Shown here: in pieces, positions 57,325 to 64,000 of the stretch
Numbering within the stretch: position 1 is the stretch's first letter
Layout: each line of letters starts with the position of its first letter
Origin: Bacteroidales bacterium
GTDB lineage: Bacteria > Bacteroidota > Bacteroidia > Bacteroidales > UBA932
Direction of reading: 5' to 3'
DNA length: 64,000 nt
NCBI GenBank assembly: GCA_015060205.1
Contig: SUYY01000002.1
Coordinates: 1,719 to 65,718, forward strand
Made by a program: the position numbers and the translations under genes
Notes under the pieces: model-generated
What the model was told of the DNA's origin: nothing
Databases searched by the model: none
Seen by the model: the letters and a program-made list of their open reading frames with translations, nothing else

Positions 57325-58413
57325 ATGAAGATAAAACTGTTAGGAAAGAACCTTGAAGAACTCAAGCAGATAGTTGCCGAGGAAGGTCTGCCGGGCTTTA
57401 CCGCCAAGCAGATTGCACAGTGGCTATATGTCAAGAAGGTTCGTTCCATTGACGATATGACCAATCTTTCCAAGGCTGCCCGTGCTGCCTTGAGTGAGAA
57501 ATATGAGGTAGGGCTTGTGGAATATGCAGGACTTCAGATATCATCTGACGGTACGAAGAAATATCTCTTTCCTGTCAGATGTCCGCATCGCAGGGGACTC
57601 AATGCCGGAAGTGACGGAAGCATTCCTGAAGAGGAACTTGAGTCCAGTGCAGTCGAGGCGGTGATGATTCCCGACGACGACAGGGCGACGCTCTGCGTTT
57701 CATCTCAGGCAGGATGCCGTATGGGATGCAGATTCTGCATGACAGGCCGTCAGGGTTTCCACGGCCATATGTCCGCTTCAGACATAATATCCCAGTTCAT
57801 TGCAGTCGATGAATCCGACAGACTCACAAACGCAGTCTTCATGGGTATGGGAGAGCCTTTGGACAATTATGAAAACGTGATGAGGACCATCGAGATCCTC
57901 ACTGCTGACTGGGGCTTCGCATGGAGTCCGAAGCGCATCACGCTCTCCACCATAGGTGTCCTTCCGAATCTCAAACGTTATCTTGATGAGTGCAGATGCC
58001 ATCTTGCGGTCAGTCTGCACGACCCGTTCGGACCTGAACGCCTCAGAATGATGCCGGTGCAGGGTGCGTGGCCTCTGAAGGATGTGATTGACCTTATAAG
58101 GCAGTATGATTTCACCGGCCAGAGAAGAGTAAGTTTCGAATATACCATGTTCGCCGGATTCAACGACACCAAGGCACATGCCGACGCTCTTGTAAGGATG
58201 CTCAGGGGACTCGAATGCAGGATGAATCTGATACGGTTCCACAAGATTCCTGATTTCCCATATGAGACATCATCCGACATTGTCATTGAAAATTTCAAGA
58301 ATCGTCTTAATAATCAGGGACTTACCACTACTGTTCGTGCTTCGCGCGGTGAAGACATACTTGCTGCCTGTGGAATGCTTGCGGGAGAACATGCGGCAAA
58401 GGAAGGTAAATGA
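57325..58413 (+). CDS. rlmN: 23S rRNA A2503 C2-methyltransferase (radical SAM)
   Basis: CVSSQAGCRMGCRFC, FMGMGEP and RGEDILAACG motifs. Confidence 0.96.
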   Translation: MKIKLLGKNLEELKQIVAEEGLPGFTAKQIAQWLYVKKVRSIDDMTNLSKAARAALSEKYEVGLVEYAGLQISSDGTKKYLFPVRCPHRRGLNAGSDGSIPEEELESSAVEAVMIPDDDRATLCVSSQAGCRMGCRFCMTGRQGFHGHMSASDIISQFIAVDESDRLTNAVFMGMGEPLDNYENVMRTIEILTADWGFAWSPKRITLSTIGVLPNLKRYLDECRCHLAVSLHDPFGPERLRMMPVQGAWPLKDVIDLIRQYDFTGQRRVSFEYTMFAGFNDTKAHADALVRMLRGLECRMNLIRFHKIPDFPYETSSDIVIENFKNRLNNQGLTTTVRASRGEDILAACGMLAGEHAAKEGK

Positions 58414-60827
58414 ACGTTTTTTGTATAATGACAGATCATATGAGACGTCTGATATCATTCATCATCGCTGTTGCGGCAATGACCGCCGCTTCGCTTCAGG
58501 CTGATGCACGCAGCATCGACCCGAAAGGGGATTCCATTGCAGTAGCAAAGATGAGGGCCAGGATGGATCAGATACGGAAGTATCGCCCTACAGTGGCTCT
58601 TGTGCTCAGCGGAGGCGGTGCAAAAGGTGCTGCGCATGTAGGTGCCATTAAATATATAGAGGAACTTGGCATACCTGTGGATATGGTTCTGGGCACAAGC
58701 ATAGGAGGTCTCGTGGGTGGTCTGTACAGTCTTGGCTATCCGGTGGAGACAATAGATTCCCTTATGACGGGAATGAATTGGGACTGGGTGCTCAGCGACG
58801 AACTTTCCAGGGATTACATCTCATATACCGATGTCAAGTATAAAGAGAAGTACATGATATCCATCCCGTTCTATTACGAGAAGGATTACTACAATATGAA
58901 ACTTGCTGAAGATTACCGTTTTGACGATCTTAACAGATATGACCGTCTTGACATCGGAGCGGATAATGCAAAAGGCGGGGAATTCCTCAAGAGGAATCTT
59001 CTTGGAAGTCTTCCTTCGGGTTTCGTGTACGGACAGAATGTCAACAATCTCATCAGTTCATTGACCATAGGCTATCAGGACTCCACTGATTTCAGCGAAT
59101 TTCCGATACCTTTTGCCTGCATAGCGACCGATCTTGTTTCAGGCAAGGCGAAGATATGGCATAGCGGAAAGATAAATGATGCCATGCGTTCAACCATGTC
59201 CATACCCGGTTTGTTCGCACCTGTCAGGACTGAAGGAATGGTGCTCGTGGACGGCGGTCTGAGGGACAATTATCCCACGGCACTGGCCAGAAGAATGGGC
59301 GCAGACATCGTAATCGGTGTCGACCTGTCCCAGAAACCTCGTTCATATACCGAGGTGAACAATCTTGCGGATATATTCTCTCAGGGTATCGACATGATGA
59401 TGAGGGATACCTATGAGACAAATGTCCGTATTCCTGACGTCAAGATAAAACCATATATTCCTGAGTACAATATGATGAGTTTCAACACACAGGCGATTGA
59501 TACCATCATGGCCCGAGGCTATCGTGCAGCGGCCTCGCAGGACACTCTGCTCAGGATCATAGCGGACAGGACGGCAGGAAAGTATAAACCTGCACCCAAG
59601 CCTAAGGCATTCGATTTCCATTCCGATTCTCTTGTGATAGCGGAAGTTGACATCAAGGGGGTGCTTCCGAAGGAAAAGGCGCTTCTGAAGGACAGGCTCA
59701 ATCTGAAGTTCGGTCAGAAGATAAGTCGTCAGGAACTGGACGAGGTGGCGGCTCAGATTTTCGGAACGCAGGCATATGATTATGTCACTTATGAACTTCT
59801 TGGCAAGGAAGAACCGTTCAGACTTGTCTTCACATGCCGCAAGGGTCCTGTCCATCAGTTGGGCTTGGGAGTAAGGGCTGATACCGAGGAGATAGTGTCC
59901 GTACTTCTGAACCTTGGATTCAACACACATAAACTGTACGGACATTCCTTTGACCTTTCCGGAAAGATAAGCGCGAATCCGTATATACAGGTGAAATGGG
60001 CTTACGACAGACCGAAGATTCCTACGGTGAATGTCCTTGCCTCTGTACGCTGGACCGACCTCAATACATTGAACCTTTGGGAGCATAAACTTGGATTCAG
60101 ATTCTTTCATTCCCGTCAGGAGGTGTATTTCTCGAATATGACATGGAAGAAGGTGGACTTCAACGCCGGTATAAGGAACGAAGTCTTTGACATAAGGAAT
60201 ATCAAATCGGAAGACATTCTTGGAGACTATGATTTCAGCCAGTTGAACAACGACTTCGTGTCCTTGTTCGCTACAGGAAGGACAGAGACTTTTGACGACG
60301 GTTATTTCCCTACAAAAGGTATAAAGGCTCAGGCCGGATATTCATGGACATTTGCAGGTTTTCCGAAGCGTTTCAATAATTTCCATACCATATATGCAGG
60401 TATAAAGGGTGTTATTTCTGCGGGCGATGCCTTTGCCTTCATCCCTTATGCAAGTCTGCGTTTCCTCCTTGGATATGATGTGCCGGTAGCATATTTCAAT
60501 GCCATAGGAGGTTCGTTGGGCGGAAGATATGTCGACCAGCAGATACCTTTCATCGGTGTGACAAATCTTTGGGCAATGAAGAACATGCTTACTCTCGCTG
60601 GTATCGACCTTCGGGTTAAACTTGCTAAGAATCATTATATTACCGGAATATTCAATTACGCCAGGGATTGTGATCATTTCAATCATTATCTCAACGGACT
60701 GGGGTATTTCGGCGCAGGTGTGGAGTATGCCTATGACACCATCTTCGGTCCATTGAAGGCTAATATCCACTGGTCCAATCTTTCCAGGAAGGTCGGATTC
60801 TATATAAGTGCCGGATATAATTTCTGA
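58410..60827 (+). CDS. Patatin-like phospholipase with POTRA and beta-barrel (PlpD-like)
   Basis: GGGAKG, GTSIG and DGG motifs; C-terminal AGYNF; start may be a few codons later. Confidence 0.85.
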   Translation: MNVFCIMTDHMRRLISFIIAVAAMTAASLQADARSIDPKGDSIAVAKMRARMDQIRKYRPTVALVLSGGGAKGAAHVGAIKYIEELGIPVDMVLGTSIGGLVGGLYSLGYPVETIDSLMTGMNWDWVLSDELSRDYISYTDVKYKEKYMISIPFYYEKDYYNMKLAEDYRFDDLNRYDRLDIGADNAKGGEFLKRNLLGSLPSGFVYGQNVNNLISSLTIGYQDSTDFSEFPIPFACIATDLVSGKAKIWHSGKINDAMRSTMSIPGLFAPVRTEGMVLVDGGLRDNYPTALARRMGADIVIGVDLSQKPRSYTEVNNLADIFSQGIDMMMRDTYETNVRIPDVKIKPYIPEYNMMSFNTQAIDTIMARGYRAAASQDTLLRIIADRTAGKYKPAPKPKAFDFHSDSLVIAEVDIKGVLPKEKALLKDRLNLKFGQKISRQELDEVAAQIFGTQAYDYVTYELLGKEEPFRLVFTCRKGPVHQLGLGVRADTEEIVSVLLNLGFNTHKLYGHSFDLSGKISANPYIQVKWAYDRPKIPTVNVLASVRWTDLNTLNLWEHKLGFRFFHSRQEVYFSNMTWKKVDFNAGIRNEVFDIRNIKSEDILGDYDFSQLNNDFVSLFATGRTETFDDGYFPTKGIKAQAGYSWTFAGFPKRFNNFHTIYAGIKGVISAGDAFAFIPYASLRFLLGYDVPVAYFNAIGGSLGGRYVDQQIPFIGVTNLWAMKNMLTLAGIDLRVKLAKNHYITGIFNYARDCDHFNHYLNGLGYFGAGVEYAYDTIFGPLKANIHWSNLSRKVGFYISAGYNF

Positions 60828-60848
60828 TTCCCGGCAGTTGCAACGGTT

Positions 60849-61307
60849 ATGAAAGACATTAAAAAAGTGGCAGACAATCTGCGTCGTCAGTGTTCCAGAC
60901 GTGAATACTGTTCTTCCGATATACTGAAAAAGGCTGAAAAGGCTCTGGACGGCGACAGAGAACAGGCTTTGCATATATTGAAAGAACTGGTAGAAGAAAA
61001 ATATGTGGATGACCTGCGTTACAGTTGTGCCTATGCGAGGGAGAAATCGGCCATTTCAGGATGGGGAAATGTCAAGATACGGTATATGCTTTCTGCGAAG
61101 GGAATATCCACCGAGGTGATATCTCAGGCTCTTGAAGAGGTTGATGAGAGGAAGGCAGAAGACCGTCTGGAGAAACTGCTTGAAAACAAGTACCGTACGC
61201 TGAAGGATGATCCGCAGTGGCGGTTGAAACTTCTTCGCTTTGCTCTCGGAAGGGGATATTCTTATGAAGAAGCGGATGAGCGGATCCGTCTTCTGAATGG
61301 TAGATGA
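60849..61307 (+). CDS. recX: Regulatory protein RecX
   Basis: CSRRE, YVDDLRY, WGNVKI and ALGRGYS motifs. Confidence 0.88.
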   Translation: MKDIKKVADNLRRQCSRREYCSSDILKKAEKALDGDREQALHILKELVEEKYVDDLRYSCAYAREKSAISGWGNVKIRYMLSAKGISTEVISQALEEVDERKAEDRLEKLLENKYRTLKDDPQWRLKLLRFALGRGYSYEEADERIRLLNGR

Positions 61308-61345
61308 CATCCGGAGAACGGATTATGAATTTGAACTGAATATAA

Positions 61346-63271
61346 ATGAAGACATATAGAAAACTCTCACAGAAGGAAATAGATTCACTTTGCCGGAACG
61401 GCTGTTCCGCTTCTGACTGGTCTGCAGTCGAGGTGTCGGAGGACTTTTCCACAGAATATATCAGACATGCCAGGTTTTCCGGCAATATCCGCCTCGGTGC
61501 GTTCAACAAGGAGTTCATTCTGGCAGGCGGAATGAAAAAACATTCCGGACTATATCATGTGACCCTGCATAATGTGACTGTAGGTGATGACTGCTGCATT
61601 GAAAATGTCAATAATTACATAGCGAATTACAATATCGGTGACAACGTCTTCATCGAGAATGTGGATATCATACTCACCGACGGTCAGAGCAGTTTTGGAA
61701 ACGGGGTGGAAGTCTCGGTCCTGAATGAGACAGGTGGAATGGAAGTTGTCATTTATGACCGTCTTTCTGCCCAGACTGCATATCTGATGACCATGTACAG
61801 GGATAATCCGATACTTGTCGGTGCTCTCAGGACTGCAATCGGCAGGTATGTTCAGGGTGTCACCTCGAGTGTCGGCACTATCGGTTCCGGAGTTACTATT
61901 GCAGACACCGGCTATATAAAGAATGTCAGGATAGGGGAGTGCTGCAAGATTGAAGGAACTTCACGCCTGAAGAACGGAAGCATCAACAGCACCGCTTCAG
62001 CACCGGTGCATCTGGGTGTGAATGTGATCGGAGATGACTTCATAATATGCAGCGGTTCATCTGTCGAGGATGGAGTTACGTTTTCCCGCTGTTTCATCGG
62101 TCAGGCATGCATGCTCGGACATAACTATTCCGCCTCCGATTCACTTTTCTTCGGCAACTGCCAGGGCGAAAACGGTGAGGCGTGTGCGATATTTGCAGGT
62201 CCCTTCACGGTCACACATCATAAGTCCACACTTCTTATAGCGGGAATGTTCTCGTTCATGAATGCCGGTTCGGGATCGAATCAGAGCAATCATATGTACA
62301 AACTTGGACCTATTCATCAGGGTATGCTTGAAAGGGGAGCGAAGACAGCCTCCGACTCATATATATTATGGCCGGCAAAGGTCGGTGCGTTCTCTCTTGT
62401 GATGGGACGCCATGTGAGTCATCAGGACACTTCTGACCTTCCTTTCTCATATCTGATCGAGCAGCAGAATACGACTTATATCATGCCTGGAGCAAATCTC
62501 AAGAGTGTGGGAACCATCCGTGACGCAAAGAAATGGCCTCAACGCGACAGGAGAAGCAAGGAAGACCGTCTCGACCAGATAAATTTCAACCTGCTGAGTC
62601 CGTATGTGATTCAGAAGATGCTTAACGGAGTCTCGATTCTCAAGAGTCTCAGGGATGTTTCTGGTGTGGGTTCTGAATCCTATGTCTATCAGAGCGGAAT
62701 GATCAAGAGAAGTTCATTGCTGAAAGGTCTTGATTATTATGGTATGGCAATAGATAAATTTCTTGGCAATTCTCTGATAACCAGAATAATGCAGTCGAAG
62801 TTCGAGGATATTGCATCTTTGCATGAGGCTCTGGTCTCTGATGCCGCATATGGTGAAGGTGAGTGGGTGGATATCGCCGGCATGATCGCTCCGAAGGAAG
62901 CGGTGAGCGGTCTTGTAGATGACATCTGCAGCGGCAGATTGACGGATGTTGAAGAGATCAATGAGCGTTTTGCCGCCATCCATTCAAATTATTATGAATA
63001 TGAATGGAAATGGGCATATGGGATCATGGAACAGTACTATGATGTGGATCTAAAAAAAATATCTGCCGATAAATTATGTGAACTTATCGGCAGATGGAAA
63101 TCGTCTGTCATAGGTCTTGATAACCTTGTCTATGAAGATGCCCGCAAGGATTTCTCATTGAGTTCGATGACCGAATTCGAGTCCAATCCTTTTGTCATGT
63201 CTGTACGTGAACACATAAGAGTGAAGTCAGAACTCGGGGACAAGGTGCTCGCTATGCTTAAAGGTTTTTGA
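61346..63271 (+). CDS. DUF4954 family protein (left-handed beta-helix-like)
   Basis: [37 protein letters not shown] and KWPQRD. Confidence 0.85.
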   Translation: MKTYRKLSQKEIDSLCRNGCSASDWSAVEVSEDFSTEYIRHARFSGNIRLGAFNKEFILAGGMKKHSGLYHVTLHNVTVGDDCCIENVNNYIANYNIGDNVFIENVDIILTDGQSSFGNGVEVSVLNETGGMEVVIYDRLSAQTAYLMTMYRDNPILVGALRTAIGRYVQGVTSSVGTIGSGVTIADTGYIKNVRIGECCKIEGTSRLKNGSINSTASAPVHLGVNVIGDDFIICSGSSVEDGVTFSRCFIGQACMLGHNYSASDSLFFGNCQGENGEACAIFAGPFTVTHHKSTLLIAGMFSFMNAGSGSNQSNHMYKLGPIHQGMLERGAKTASDSYILWPAKVGAFSLVMGRHVSHQDTSDLPFSYLIEQQNTTYIMPGANLKSVGTIRDAKKWPQRDRRSKEDRLDQINFNLLSPYVIQKMLNGVSILKSLRDVSGVGSESYVYQSGMIKRSSLLKGLDYYGMAIDKFLGNSLITRIMQSKFEDIASLHEALVSDAAYGEGEWVDIAGMIAPKEAVSGLVDDICSGRLTDVEEINERFAAIHSNYYEYEWKWAYGIMEQYYDVDLKKISADKLCELIGRWKSSVIGLDNLVYEDARKDFSLSSMTEFESNPFVMSVREHIRVKSELGDKVLAMLKGF

Positions 63272-64000
63272 GGCACTCTGTGACATTGTTCTCGATTCTG
63301 GCAGCGATGTCAGAACCCTCGGCCTTCTCGAACTTCTCACCTATGATGTTCTCATAGAGTTCGATATATCGCTCTGTGATGCCGTTTACTATGTCTTCGG
63401 TCATTTCAGGTACTTCCTGTCCTTCCTGACCCTGGAAGCCGTTGGCCATGAGCCACTCGCGAACGAATTCCTTTGAGAGTTGCTTCTGCTTTTCACCTGC
63501 TACGAGGCGCTCTGCATAGCCTTCAGCATAGAAATAACGTGATGAGTCCGGCGTGTGGATCTCGTCCATCAGATATATCTTGCCGTCCTTCTTTCCGAAT
63601 TCATATTTGGTGTCGACAAGGATAAGGCCCATCTTTGCGGCAATCTCAGTACCTCTCTGGAATATCGCTCTTGTGTATGCTTCGAGTTGTTCGTAGTCTT
63701 CCTTGCTTACGATGCCTTGTGCAATTATTTCCTCTTTTGAAATATCCTCGTCATGACCTTCTGCAGCCTTCGTTGTAGGAGTGATGATAGGCTCCGGGAA
63801 CTTCTGGTTCTCCACCATGCCTTCAGGCATCTCAACTCCGCAGATTGTGCGCTTTCCTGCCTTGTATTCTCTCCATGCGTGACCGGAAAGGTAGCCGCGG
63901 ATGACCATTTCCACCTTGAAAGGCTCACATTTGTGACCTACTGTCACCATCGGGTCGGGAACGGCGATCTTCCAGTTAGGGAGAATGTCTGCCGTTGCGT
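63258..64000 (-). CDS. purC: SAICAR synthetase; 5' end lies beyond the window
   Basis: [31 protein letters not shown] and SKEFVREW motifs. Confidence 0.96.
   Translation of the reverse strand, partial: ATADILPNWKIAVPDPMVTVGHKCEPFKVEMVIRGYLSGHAWREYKAGKRTICGVEMPEGMVENQKFPEPIITPTTKAAEGHDEDISKEEIIAQGIVSKEDYEQLEAYTRAIFQRGTEIAAKMGLILVDTKYEFGKKDGKIYLMDEIHTPDSSRYFYAEGYAERLVAGEKQKQLSKEFVREWLMANGFQGQEGQEVPEMTEDIVNGITERYIELYENIIGEKFEKAEGSDIAARIENNVTECLKNL

Noticed and set aside
57575-57650. Short insertion in the RlmN N-terminal region
   Set aside because: It is in frame, all catalytic motifs are intact and there are no intein or mobile-element hallmarks, so it is probably a surface loop.
14221-63271. 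Short tail-to-tail gene overlaps (14221-14236, 29669-29672, 44423-44426, 63258-63271)
   Set aside because: These are ordinary in compact bacterial genomes, with no evidence of a specific function.

Overview
A gene-dense stretch of a Bacteroidota (Bacteroidales-like, probably gut or rumen) chromosome. The phylum call rests on the TAnnTTTG (-7) promoter boxes in front of many genes, the near absence of Shine-Dalgarno sequences and the gene content. It is mostly housekeeping: prfA, prmA, rpsU-rplU-rpmA-serS-ruvC, HU-bS22-rng, lon-ung-coaD, rmuC, an eight-gene arginine operon (GNAT-argG-argC-argD-argF'-argB-argE-argH), tdk, rsmI, recA, rlmN, recX and purC. Accessory genes are a GH2 and a sialidase, a four-gene glycerol-phosphate cluster built around an sn-glycerol-1-phosphate dehydrogenase, a C10 protease with a BACON lipoprotein, and a patatin-POTRA-barrel protein. 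I saw no rRNA, tRNA, CRISPR array, prophage or transposase. The best leads are: (1) a structured ~150-nt leader with a 41-codon uORF in front of an arg operon that has no argR; (2) the G1PDH / GlpT-like / two-HAD cluster, a possible glycerol-1-phosphate scavenging pathway; (3) apparent window-wide avoidance of AGCT; (4) a palindrome shared by the lon and rng upstream regions; (5) a GGA-N5-TCC palindrome at recA. All family calls come from motif recognition by eye, with no database searches.
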